NCBI GenBank assembly: GCA_964584775.1 | Contig: CAZPBC010000005.1 | Location: 2,845 to 66,844, forward strand | Length of the DNA stretch: 64,000 nucleotides | DNA from: an uncultured bacterium | GTDB lineage: Bacteria > Chlamydiota > Chlamydiia > Chlamydiales > SLFE01 | Direction: 5' to 3' | Shown: piece after piece, positions 53,336 through 61,964 of the stretch | How positions within the stretch are numbered: the stretch's first letter is position 1 | Layout: each line of letters opens with the position of its first letter | Notes under the pieces: generated by a model | Told to the model about the DNA's origin: nothing | What the model saw: the letters and a program-made list of their open reading frames with translations, nothing else | The model's database searches: none | Made by a program: the position numbers and the translations under genes

Positions 53336-54598
53336 TCACTGCAACTCATATTTAAGAGTGATGTTATCTTCTTTATTATAAGTTACTTGAGACTCTTCGT
53401 CAAGAGGGTCAATGGGAGCCTTTCCAGGAACCAATACGAGTGGAACAGCTGCTCTTAAAAAGGGAGGAACACGCGACTTTGAAAGGGACTCTCTTCGCTT
53501 TTTCTGCTCTCTTGAAAACTCGAGAGGCCGTTGCAACTCATACGAGAGCTGCCGAGGAAGTGAAAGGTGAATCTCTCCACTGAACACTCCCTTCCAACCC
53601 TGTTCTTTTTTCGATGAGGTTCTCCCCTTTTCTAATTTCCACACTCCATCCAAAGAGTGTAGAAAGAAGAGTCGTGCGCGGTCGACCAAGAGGGTGCATT
53701 GAGTAAGAAGAATCTGTTTTCCTTGAGCTCCCTTCGCAATCCAGTCGATCAAAGATTCCAGCCGCTGTTCAGGGATCACCGCATTTTCTTCTAGGAGAAT
53801 CTTGCGAATCAGCGCTTTTTGTACTCCTCTTTCAGATGGAAATTGAGCTGAAAAGTCATAGCACGTTCCCATCGGTCCCTCCACCTTTTCAGGCGTCCAG
53901 GGTTTGAGTAAATGGTGCAAGACCTCTTCCCTCTCTCTCATTTCTTGAACCAGCTGCAAGAGAGGAGAAGCAAGCTCTTTACCAAACTGCTCTTTGAGAA
54001 AAGGAAACACTTTTTTTCTCATCCGAGCACGTAGAAAACGCTCATCTCCATTCGACGGATCGAGAAAATAGGGCCGCTTTTCCGCTTCCAAAAGGTCAAC
54101 TAGCACCTGCTTTTTAACAGACAAGAGTGGCCGATAAAGAGTCAGCTCTCCCCTTGTTGCCACAGGCTCCATTCCACGGACGAAATCCACACGACCTGAC
54201 TCCAGAAGCTGCTTCAACAGGGTTTCTAACTGATCCTCTTCAGTATGGGCCAAAAAGACCCCCCTAAGAGAAGCTTTTTTGGAAATTTCCTTGAAGAACT
54301 TCAAACGCTCTTCTCTCCAGTACGCCTCCAAATTCCCCTTTGGAGGAGCCTTCTCTAATCCTTTCATGTGTAAGGGTACTCCAAGCTCATTTGCCTGATC
54401 CTGAAGGACTTTCGCTTCATCATCACTCTCCTTTCGATACCCGTGGTTCACATGGAGGAGATGGAGTTGAACATCCATTTGATGCAGGAGGTGAAACAGG
54501 GCAGTAGAATCGGGCCCACCAGAGAGCCCGAGACCGACAGGCTGACCTGCAAGTGCATGGTACTCAATAAATTGTTTCAGAACATCAAATGGGTTCAC
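53336..54598 (-). CDS. tilS: tRNA(Ile)-lysidine synthase TilS
   Basis: VGLGLSGGPDSTAL is the PP-loop; LHLLHVNHGYR follows. Confidence 0.88.
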   Translation of the reverse strand: MNPFDVLKQFIEYHALAGQPVGLGLSGGPDSTALFHLLHQMDVQLHLLHVNHGYRKESDDEAKVLQDQANELGVPLHMKGLEKAPPKGNLEAYWREERLKFFKEISKKASLRGVFLAHTEEDQLETLLKQLLESGRVDFVRGMEPVATRGELTLYRPLLSVKKQVLVDLLEAEKRPYFLDPSNGDERFLRARMRKKVFPFLKEQFGKELASPLLQLVQEMREREEVLHHLLKPWTPEKVEGPMGTCYDFSAQFPSERGVQKALIRKILLEENAVIPEQRLESLIDWIAKGAQGKQILLTQCTLLVDRARLFFLHSLDGVWKLEKGRTSSKKEQGWKGVFSGEIHLSLPRQLSYELQRPLEFSREQKKRRESLSKSRVPPFLRAAVPLVLVPGKAPIDPLDEESQVTYNKEDNITLKYELQ

Positions 54599-54906
54599 GG
54601 GAGATAAATCAAGGCTAATAGGGTGATCACAAGGACAACAAGGATGAGGAACCAGAGAGGGGGCGAGCGGCTCTCCTGGAAAGTGAGGACACTCTCTCCT
54701 CCCCCATACTTCCCATAGAACGCATCCTCTTCTTCGAAAAGGACTTTGAGCTCAGGAATCTCCTCGATGGGCAGCCAAACGGCCATCCCCTTTTTCCAGG
54801 CGAGGGTCCTAAGAGTCACTCGGGTGTCCGCCTTCAGGTCATAGACTGAAAAGGGGCCCTCGGTCTCATCCTCGATCCGAATGTACCACTCCTTCTTAAA
54901 TCGCAT
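54595..54906 (-). CDS. GYF_2 (DUF4339)-like domain protein with a C-terminal TM anchor
   Basis: WYIRIEDETEGPFSVYDLKADTRVTLRTLAWKKGMAVWLPIEEIPELK matches the GYF-like W.y....q.GP.s...l.......T.vW..GM..W....e...L pattern. C-terminus: PPLWFLILVVLVITLLALIYL. It overlaps the tilS start. Confidence 0.6.
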   Translation of the reverse strand: MRFKKEWYIRIEDETEGPFSVYDLKADTRVTLRTLAWKKGMAVWLPIEEIPELKVLFEEEDAFYGKYGGGESVLTFQESRSPPLWFLILVVLVITLLALIYLP

Positions 54907-55003
54907 ATAGCCGATTGTACCATATCACGAAGATCTTGTCGGTCACTTTGTCCCCTTTTCGAGAAGGTTTCACGAAATATCACGTTGATGTATCTTCATT
55001 CAG

Positions 55004-56140
55004 ATGATTCTTCGAAGTTACTTACAGATCGAGTACCTCCGCACCTTTCTCCTCTCTGTGGCATCGTTCATCGCTATTTTGATGACGACACGCCTTGAAG
55101 ACATAGCCCGGTTCGCTGCCTTCGGCGCGAGCGGCCTCAAAGTCGTCGAACTGATCATCTACCAAATCCCTTATGTTCTCCCGATCGTCATCCCCATCTC
55201 AGCCATCATTGCCTCCTTAACGGTCTCGCAGCGCCTCTCTACGTCCGGGGAACTCATCGCACTTAGAGCAAGCGGACTCTCCCTCGCTCAGATCTTCAGC
55301 CCTGTGCTCATCCTGGCTTTTTTCTTAAGTTTGACAAACTTCCTCATCACTTCAGAGCTTGCCACAGAATCTGCAGCTCAGAGTCGCTCGATTCAAAAGC
55401 AGGTCGCTATGATCAATCCACTTGCTGTGATCCATAACAAACAGCTGATCAAGAACAGTAATTTATTTATCGAAACAGCCAGCCGCAACATCGCACGGAG
55501 CTCACTCGAAGATGTCACAATCGCCTTTTGGAATGAAAAATTGAACCGCATGAGCCTTTTCTTAATAAGAGAAATGCTTTTCGAAGCCCCGTTTTTGGAA
55601 GCTAAACAGATGACAGCAATTTCAAGCTTCTCCCCCAACCAGCGTAAAACCTTTGACAACCTTTACTTGGAAAACATCCAGAAAAGCCGAATGGATATTG
55701 AGGGGTTTTCTCTTTACCTCGACCAGAAAGCCAGAAAAGTGAACCACGACTATCTGAAAATGGCTCTTCTTTTGACGCGGATGAGTGAAATGAAAAAAGA
55801 GCTAGAAGGACTTCCGGAAGAGGCGAAAGAGCGGCATGAAATTCAGAAGCAGTACCGCGAAGCTCTTTCAGAGATCTTTCGACGCCTCTCTTTAGGGGCG
55901 GTCGTCTTTGCATTTACACTCATGGGACTCTCTTTTGGATGCACTGTTGGAAGGAACTCTTCACAGTACGGAATCCTTGCCATCATCTCTCTTGCCTGCC
56001 TCTACCTGATTCTCTTTTTCACAGGCAAAAGCTTAGCTTACAACCCCTTCCTCTCAGTGCTCCTTTACTTTGCGCCCATCTTCATCATTGTCTACCTTTC
56101 CCTCCGCCACCTCTCCCGTCTCTCAGGAGGTTTAGAATGA
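55004..56140 (+). CDS. lptF: LPS export ABC permease, LptF/LptG (YjgP/YjgQ) family
   Basis: 378 aa. The N-terminal YL...FL......FI.IL...RLEDI pattern, 6 TM segments with a large central loop, paired with a second family member. Confidence 0.75.
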   Translation: MILRSYLQIEYLRTFLLSVASFIAILMTTRLEDIARFAAFGASGLKVVELIIYQIPYVLPIVIPISAIIASLTVSQRLSTSGELIALRASGLSLAQIFSPVLILAFFLSLTNFLITSELATESAAQSRSIQKQVAMINPLAVIHNKQLIKNSNLFIETASRNIARSSLEDVTIAFWNEKLNRMSLFLIREMLFEAPFLEAKQMTAISSFSPNQRKTFDNLYLENIQKSRMDIEGFSLYLDQKARKVNHDYLKMALLLTRMSEMKKELEGLPEEAKERHEIQKQYREALSEIFRRLSLGAVVFAFTLMGLSFGCTVGRNSSQYGILAIISLACLYLILFFTGKSLAYNPFLSVLLYFAPIFIIVYLSLRHLSRLSGGLE

Positions 56141-57210
56141 TCCCTAAAAAGCTCTGGGAGCGTTACTTCCTCAAAGAATTCTTCACTGTCTTTTTGCTGT
56201 TTCTAGCGTGTCTCTTCACGCTCTTCGTTGTCATCGATTACACAAGCCGTGCAGGAAATCAATTTTTCAGTCAACTCCAGTTTAAGGAAATTGTCGAGAT
56301 CTATGTCTTCACTTACGTACAGCGCCTTGATATCTTAATCCCCTTTGCACTCCTCGTCACGACCGTCAAGACCCTAACCACCTTCAACATCCGCAATGAG
56401 CTGGTCGCACTCATGGCATCCGGCGTCTCTATCAAGCGCCTCATGCGCCCCTTAATCTCTATTGGCATCTTATGCACCCTCCTTCTCTACCTCAGTGAAG
56501 AGTTTCTGCTTCCATTTGCCTATGAGCGCATCAACTTCTTGAAAGATAAATACCAGACTGAAAAGGAGGTCAAAGCCACTTCAAGAAACATCCGCTCCCT
56601 TGCCGTCCAAGGCCAAGGACTCTTCCTCTACCACAACTTTGACGCCCATAAGCGTGCGTTCTTTGATGCCTTCTGGATCCGTTCCAATAAAGAAATCTAC
56701 CGCATCAAGTACCTCCACCCCTTTGAGGAGCCCTTCATTGGCTACTACGTCGATCACTTCACCCGAAATGAGGACCAAGAGATTGTGCTCGTAAACTCCT
56801 ACGAATCCAAAATTTTTCCCAAAATGCGCTTCACCGAAAGAGACCTTCGGCGCTCGACCATTCTCCCCGAACAAGAGAAGCTGAGTCATTTAGCTCGGGT
56901 TGCCTTTGAACCGCAAACCAAAGAGGCTAAAGCCGAGGCGCGGGCTGCTCTTTACCACAAGCTGGTGATGCCCCTCCTCGCACTCCTTGCTGTCATGGCA
57001 CCTGCCCCCTACTGCCTGCGCTTCACCCGCTCGCTACCGATCTTCAAAATCTACCTCGTCAGTATGCTAGTGATGTTTACTTTCTACCTCATCATGAACG
57101 CAGCCCTCATCCTTGGAGAAGCCAACGTCCTTCCTCCCGCTCTCGCCATTTTTGTTCCCTTTGGTCTCTACGCATTGTTTTTCACATGGCAATACAGTAA
57201 ACTACAGTAA
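56137..57210 (+). CDS. lptG: LPS export ABC permease, LptF/LptG (YjgP/YjgQ) family
   Basis: MIPKKLWERYFLKEFFTVFLLFLACLFTLFVVIDY. The ATG at 56137 overlaps the lptF stop (ATGA). The first 66 codons of the track ORF starting at 55939 are an out-of-frame read-in through lptF. Confidence 0.75.
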   Translation: MIPKKLWERYFLKEFFTVFLLFLACLFTLFVVIDYTSRAGNQFFSQLQFKEIVEIYVFTYVQRLDILIPFALLVTTVKTLTTFNIRNELVALMASGVSIKRLMRPLISIGILCTLLLYLSEEFLLPFAYERINFLKDKYQTEKEVKATSRNIRSLAVQGQGLFLYHNFDAHKRAFFDAFWIRSNKEIYRIKYLHPFEEPFIGYYVDHFTRNEDQEIVLVNSYESKIFPKMRFTERDLRRSTILPEQEKLSHLARVAFEPQTKEAKAEARAALYHKLVMPLLALLAVMAPAPYCLRFTRSLPIFKIYLVSMLVMFTFYLIMNAALILGEANVLPPALAIFVPFGLYALFFTWQYSKLQ

Positions 57211-57212
57211 CC

Positions 57213-58319
57213 ATGACAACTGCGCTCTCACAGCTCATCATCCAAAAAGATGCGATCGCCTACAACCTCCGCCAGTTGCAAAACCACCTCCCCCAAAAGC
57301 CGCTCATTATAGGAGTTGTCAAAGCCGATGGGTATGGAACGGGAGCTCTCTCTCTTGTTAAAACCCTCAAAGAGCTAGGTATGACCTATTTTTCGGTGGC
57401 TACCATCAGCGAAGCAGTCGCACTCAGGAAGGGAGGCATACAAGACCCGATCCTGACATTTTACTGCGGGCCCCACCAAGCAAAGATCGCAGTCGAGCAT
57501 CAACTCAATGTCGCCGTCTCCAACCTCAGTGAAATCGAAGCCTTAGAAGCGGCTAGCACGCCCTCCAAAACAAAGGTCCATCTACACATCAACACAGGCA
57601 TGAGTCGCCTGGGTTGTAGTTTGAAAGAAGCCCTTCCCCTTGCCCAAAAAATCGCCTCCTCCCCATCTCTTGAGCTTGAGGGACTCATGTCACACTACAG
57701 CTCCATCGACGAGCCCGAGCAAGACACCTTCTCCCTCCTGCAAACCACCCGGTTTATGAAAGCCATCGATGCCATCCGTGAAGCTGGAATCGACTTCAAA
57801 TACACTCATATCTCGAACTCTGCCGGTGCAGTAAGGCTTCCAAACTCCATCTTCAATGCCGTCCGTGTCGGCCTCCAACTCCTCGGGGTCCCACAAGTGG
57901 ACTCTAAACTCGATTACAAGCCCGCATTGACTTTCCAAAGCCAACTCGTTCAAGTCCACACCCTAGGAATGGGAGAGCCGGTCTCCTACAACCGCCACTA
58001 CAGAGCTCCTCGTGACGGCACACGGATTGGAGTGGTGCCTGTCGGTTACTATGATGGAATTAAGCGGGAATTTAGAGACCGTGGGCAAGTTCAAGTCGCC
58101 GGCAAAAAAGCCAAGATCTGTGGAACGATCTGCATGGATTTTCTGATGATCGACATCACCGATCTCCCAGCAATCAAAGAGGGAGACCCCGTGACATTCT
58201 TTGGCTTTGATGAATCAGGAAAATGGGTCGATGCTGTCGAATTTGCCAAAGAGGGGCAAACCATCGCCCATGAACTCTTCTCTGGAATCGGTCCCAGAGT
58301 CGAACGGCGTTGGATTTAG
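57213..58319 (+). CDS. alr: Alanine racemase
   Basis: IGVVKADGYGTGA contains the PLP lysine. VSYNRHY..., VPVGYYDGI and ICMDFLMID are typical Alr motifs. Confidence 0.88.
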   Translation: MTTALSQLIIQKDAIAYNLRQLQNHLPQKPLIIGVVKADGYGTGALSLVKTLKELGMTYFSVATISEAVALRKGGIQDPILTFYCGPHQAKIAVEHQLNVAVSNLSEIEALEAASTPSKTKVHLHINTGMSRLGCSLKEALPLAQKIASSPSLELEGLMSHYSSIDEPEQDTFSLLQTTRFMKAIDAIREAGIDFKYTHISNSAGAVRLPNSIFNAVRVGLQLLGVPQVDSKLDYKPALTFQSQLVQVHTLGMGEPVSYNRHYRAPRDGTRIGVVPVGYYDGIKREFRDRGQVQVAGKKAKICGTICMDFLMIDITDLPAIKEGDPVTFFGFDESGKWVDAVEFAKEGQTIAHELFSGIGPRVERRWI

Positions 58320-58333
58320 GAAGCAGTTACATT

Positions 58334-60538
58334 TTATGCTGCCTCTTCTTTTTCCTCCTCCCACTCGACAATTGGGAGAGATAACTGTAGCTCTTCGAAA
58401 TTGAAGTCAAAAAGCGGATTAAAAGCCTTCATGAAGTCCTCGTGAAACTTGCTGTAACCCACACGCTCTTTAATTCCTTCAATAGTTTGAAGGATGTGCA
58501 GGAGGTGCGATACCGTGTCAGCAAGCGGTGCCCTCTCCCTCACAAAGATCGCAGGGCCAAAGAAGAGAGCCTTTAGATAACGGATGTCACTCTCACGCAA
58601 TTTTGGAGACTGGATCCACCTCATCAGCATCAATAGTCCAGCAGAGTAAACAGTGCTTGTATCTACTCCATCTTTACAAGAGAAACTAAATCCTGTGGGT
58701 TTGACGATTTCAACCGCCTTAAGCGAAAGTAGAATGTAGTAAATTGCAATAAAGCTCGTCCTTTCGTTTTGGGAGAGAAATTTTTCTCCATGAAAGAACT
58801 GCTCATGAACCGCTTCCATCAAATCTTGGAAAAACCCTTTAATAAAGACCTGTTTCAAAGAGTCAGAGAAATAAAAGCCAGTTGCAGTATCAGACAATTG
58901 ATCTAAGAAGTTCGCCTTAAATTCTTCCGCACTATCCTCCTTCAAATAAGGACCATTTTGGTGGTAGAACGGAGTGTCGACAGCTAGAGTCATGACCTCC
59001 AAATGAGGCTTAAATTGGCTTGATTTAGAGAGCTGCTCTAAGCAGGAGGCTCTTGCAAATTCCTTCCACGACGTGCGGTCTTGTAGGTTCACCAAGAGAT
59101 GCTTAGTTTCGACATTCTGTCGACTTGCAGATAGAAGGTACGCTTTAAACTCATCTGTCGCGACCGCTTTGTTAATCTGTGTTTGCCTGGTCGGAGAGGG
59201 CAGCCTGAGTGTTGTAATATGCTCTTCTCCCATATCCAAAAAGTAGAGTGGGTATGAGAAGTTGCCTTGCATTGTCGAATCAAACGCTGACTGCTTTCCC
59301 TCTTCGATCGACTCTAGGACACGTTGAAGCGGACCTCTCGCCGATTTTTGAAGCGCTTTCACAATTTCAGCAAAGTCATACGCTAGACGGCTCCAAAGAA
59401 ACGCACCCCTCTCACTCAGCCCACGTGTCGTCGTCGGAAATAGGGATTCTGCATGAGTGAGTTTATCCAGAATCTGCCCAAAGAGTTCACCCATCATACT
59501 TAAATGCAAGATGACTCCCCTTGATAAGTTATGAGAAGTATCCACGACACAGGCGCCGACGACGCTTGGATGCTTCGGAGGATACAGGACCAACTTCTGA
59601 TAGTAACGCGTTTGCAAGCACTCTCTTAAGTAAGAGATCATATCTGAAAAATAGTCTGAATTCCCTTTCATACCTTTGACGTGTTCCCGGTTTCCGGCAG
59701 CTAAATAGAGTGCAATAAAACACTTATTCAACGCTGCAACGGCGTCCTTGTCTTTATGTCGAAAAGCCTCTTGGTAGAAGCGCTCCATGGGGATACGGAG
59801 GCTTTTAAGAAGACTGATCGCTCCCCTCTGGCAAACACGGTCCCTGACAGAGTCCATATCTTCAAAAAGGCCGACTTCTTCACCAGAGTAACTTCCAAAA
59901 TCCGAAACAATCCGAATATTTCTGAGTAGACGAGGTGAAAAGAAGCGTGAGCCATCCTCCTTCCTCAAAAGCAAGAGCTCATAGTCAGTGTCTTTTTTCA
60001 CCATATCAAGATCGACAAAAACATGCCGACTCTTCTCCTTCTTGATCATCCGGCTCTTACGCTCATCTTCTTTCGTCGGCAACCCACCAGCAAGTCCAAT
60101 GATCCACTTTCCTAAAAGCCCCACATCGACTTGTTTTTCAATTTTATGGCTATAGAAGTCTTTCAGCCGTTTGTACTCTGCCAGCTGTGTGACGCTCTCG
60201 CCGCTTTTCAACTGAAAAATCCGCGAATATTTATCCAACTTTTCGGCAGCTTCTCCAACGAGAACCATGATGGAGTGTACATCCTCTAGCCGTTTTTTCT
60301 CTAAGACATAGGGGGACTTGGAAGAGAAGCTCTCTTGGAGGTGCTCCAAGATGACGCCAAAGATTTGCCGAACGCGACCCTCACTCAGCTCTTCTGTGAG
60401 CTCTTTGACACGCTCTGGTGCCAGGTGATAGTCTTTTGTCTCTTCTGGCTTCTGTACCTCAAAGTCTGCGACATCGGTCAATGTTTTGAGTGCTTCGTTA
60501 AACGAAATGATCTTACTCTCTTTCTTCTTCCGTCCCAT
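58334..60538 (-). CDS. Hypothetical protein, 734 aa, soluble, no recognisable motif
   Basis: Long clean ORF converging on alr. The 5' flank (60539-60779) is very AT-rich. Basic N-terminus (MGRKKKESK) and acidic C-terminus (EWEEEKEEAA). Confidence 0.6.
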   Translation of the reverse strand: MGRKKKESKIISFNEALKTLTDVADFEVQKPEETKDYHLAPERVKELTEELSEGRVRQIFGVILEHLQESFSSKSPYVLEKKRLEDVHSIMVLVGEAAEKLDKYSRIFQLKSGESVTQLAEYKRLKDFYSHKIEKQVDVGLLGKWIIGLAGGLPTKEDERKSRMIKKEKSRHVFVDLDMVKKDTDYELLLLRKEDGSRFFSPRLLRNIRIVSDFGSYSGEEVGLFEDMDSVRDRVCQRGAISLLKSLRIPMERFYQEAFRHKDKDAVAALNKCFIALYLAAGNREHVKGMKGNSDYFSDMISYLRECLQTRYYQKLVLYPPKHPSVVGACVVDTSHNLSRGVILHLSMMGELFGQILDKLTHAESLFPTTTRGLSERGAFLWSRLAYDFAEIVKALQKSARGPLQRVLESIEEGKQSAFDSTMQGNFSYPLYFLDMGEEHITTLRLPSPTRQTQINKAVATDEFKAYLLSASRQNVETKHLLVNLQDRTSWKEFARASCLEQLSKSSQFKPHLEVMTLAVDTPFYHQNGPYLKEDSAEEFKANFLDQLSDTATGFYFSDSLKQVFIKGFFQDLMEAVHEQFFHGEKFLSQNERTSFIAIYYILLSLKAVEIVKPTGFSFSCKDGVDTSTVYSAGLLMLMRWIQSPKLRESDIRYLKALFFGPAIFVRERAPLADTVSHLLHILQTIEGIKERVGYSKFHEDFMKAFNPLFDFNFEELQLSLPIVEWEEEKEEAA

Positions 60539-60729
60539 GATCCACCTACTTTTAGAAGGCTAAATATCCTCCTTTTCTCTGGAAAAGGTGCAAATCTGGC
60601 CTCCGATTGATTATCTACATCTATTATGCGCTTTAAATAATTTTTTTACAAATACTAGCATTACTCTAAATCACGCTCTAACTTGCTTAAATTGAGTCTC
60701 GTAATGAAATAGTTTAATATTTAAATTTT

Positions 60730-60738
60730 TGTTATAAT
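60730..60738 (+). promoter_or_regulatory. Extended -10 promoter element upstream of the 114-aa ORF
   Basis: TGTTATAAT is an exact TGnTATAAT, 42 nt upstream of ATG 60780, which has an AAGGTG SD. Confidence 0.5.
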
Positions 60739-60779
60739 TTATTTATAAAACTAACTAATAATACTATGAAGGTGAAACG

Positions 60780-61124
60780 ATGCCTGGAAGCCTAACCGTA
60801 CACAGAGGCGGAGACCCGCTAAGTTCCGTCCACTCCTTTCATGTAAAACAGATGCCACGCTCAGGCAGTGCTGCTGACCTCAGATCAAGGAGTATAGCCT
60901 TAAAACAACTCCAAAAAAGAGGTTCAGGCTCAAAGGCCGCTCGATCCTTTTCTGGATCCAGAACACCTCAACCAGGAAGTGGGCTCAGGCGAACCGAAAC
61001 AGTCCGCGCCCAGCAAGGGCTCGGGGCGCAAAAAACCGCTCCCCCTAGTCCCTTTACCGTCTCCCCTAAAAAGGATACCGCCCACGACGAAGCTCTCCAA
61101 AAAGCGCGAGCAATTCTTTCCTAA
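60780..61124 (+). CDS. Hypothetical small basic, S/G/R/P-rich (disordered) protein, 114 aa
   Basis: An extended -10 plus SD lie upstream. The composition is low-complexity. An antisense 69-aa ORF also exists, so the coding call is tentative. Confidence 0.4.
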   Translation: MPGSLTVHRGGDPLSSVHSFHVKQMPRSGSAADLRSRSIALKQLQKRGSGSKAARSFSGSRTPQPGSGLRRTETVRAQQGLGAQKTAPPSPFTVSPKKDTAHDEALQKARAILS

Positions 61125-61198
61125 TCCCCTCATATTCAATAGCTAGAGCGTACTATTAGGAGGAAATTCCTCAAATTCGTATGCTGCAAATATAAACT

Positions 61199-61227
61199 TT
61201 GACTTTAATAATTAAGTACTTAATTAT
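61199..61227 (+). promoter_or_regulatory. TTGACT -35-like hexamer followed by a perfect 20-bp palindrome (candidate operator overlapping the core promoter)
   Basis: TTGACT at 61199-61204. ATAATTAAGTACTTAATTAT (61208-61227) is a perfect palindrome centred at 61217/61218. A/T-rich -10 candidates lie inside or next to it. The next ORF starts at 61258/61264. Confidence 0.45.
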
Positions 61228-61257
61228 AAGGTGCTTATTTTTTATACTTAGAGGAAA

Positions 61258-61611
61258 ATGAATATGTCATGGATTGAAACATTAAAGCTCGGGGGCAAGT
61301 TCACCGGAGAGTACAACGACCTGAAGTTCTCCATCGAGATCGAGGACAAAACCGTCAAGGTCGATTGCAATGAACCTGAACTGATCAAACTCGCAAAAGA
61401 CCTCTTCTTTGACCGCCTTAAAGAGATGCAAGAAGATGAGCAGTGGGTGGAATTCCTCAAGGTCTACGACATCGAAGTCTACCTTGATAAGGAGCTCATC
61501 GCCCGTATGGGAAAAAATGCCAAACCTAACTTTGTGAGCAGTTTCCTTGGACTCAAAAACCTCGAAGTCGTCTCGAACAGCCGTATCACCGACCTCATGT
61601 CTATGCTTTAG
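61258..61611 (+). CDS. Hypothetical small acidic protein, 117 aa (115 aa if the start is 61264)
   Basis: GAGGA is spaced 8 nt from ATG 61264. Protein-like composition with about 22 acidic and 16 basic residues. It is followed by its own GC-rich hairpin. Confidence 0.55.
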   Translation: MNMSWIETLKLGGKFTGEYNDLKFSIEIEDKTVKVDCNEPELIKLAKDLFFDRLKEMQEDEQWVEFLKVYDIEVYLDKELIARMGKNAKPNFVSSFLGLKNLEVVSNSRITDLMSML

Positions 61612-61620
61612 TCATTTAAG

Positions 61621-61641
61621 AAGAGGGGGACTCCCCCTCTT
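61621..61641 (+). terminator. GC-rich hairpin after the 117-aa ORF
   Basis: AAGAGGGGG-ACT-CCCCCTCTT: 9-bp stem and 3-nt loop, followed by AATTCT (weak U-tract). Confidence 0.45.
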
Positions 61642-61707
61642 AATTCTCCCTTAACACTTATTTGAGAACCTATCTTCCGATTGAAAACCTAGCATTAAGA
61701 GGACCGT

Positions 61708-61905
61708 ATGGCGAACCCACTATCAAGACTACCAGGAGCAGGCGACTCAGGATCCCCCTGGGCAAAAGGCCCTGACCCCCGTACAGCAGCTGCCCCAAAG
61801 CCAGCAGATGAAAAAGCAGAAAAAGTCGCTAGTGAGGTGCTTAAAAGCGGACCAGGTGGGACTCCTGACGGAGGGAAATCTCCCTGGGCACCTGAAACCA
61901 AGTAG
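61708..61905 (+). CDS. Possible Pro/Gly/Ala-rich mini-protein, 65 aa (very uncertain)
   Basis: AGAGGA sits 4-5 nt upstream of the ATG. The sequence contains two SPWA motifs (GSPWAKGP, KSPWAPET). Three overlapping ORFs on the opposite strand are equally open, so the region may be non-coding. Confidence 0.25.
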   Translation: MANPLSRLPGAGDSGSPWAKGPDPRTAAAPKPADEKAEKVASEVLKSGPGGTPDGGKSPWAPETK

Positions 61906-61964
61906 TCCGAGCCAACACATCTCCCCTGCCCCAAAAACTCCCCTTTCGTCTATAAACATACAAG

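Noticed and set aside
55939-56136. Upstream extension of the lptG ORF (MHCWKELFTV...PPPPLPSLRRFR).
   Set aside because: It is an out-of-frame read through the 3' end of lptF. The ATG at 56137 overlaps the lptF stop (ATGA) and gives the family-typical N-terminus.
60930-61139. 69-aa minus-strand ORF antisense to the 114-aa ORF.
   Set aside because: The promoter (extended -10) and SD evidence favour the + strand ORF. The antisense ORF has no upstream signals.
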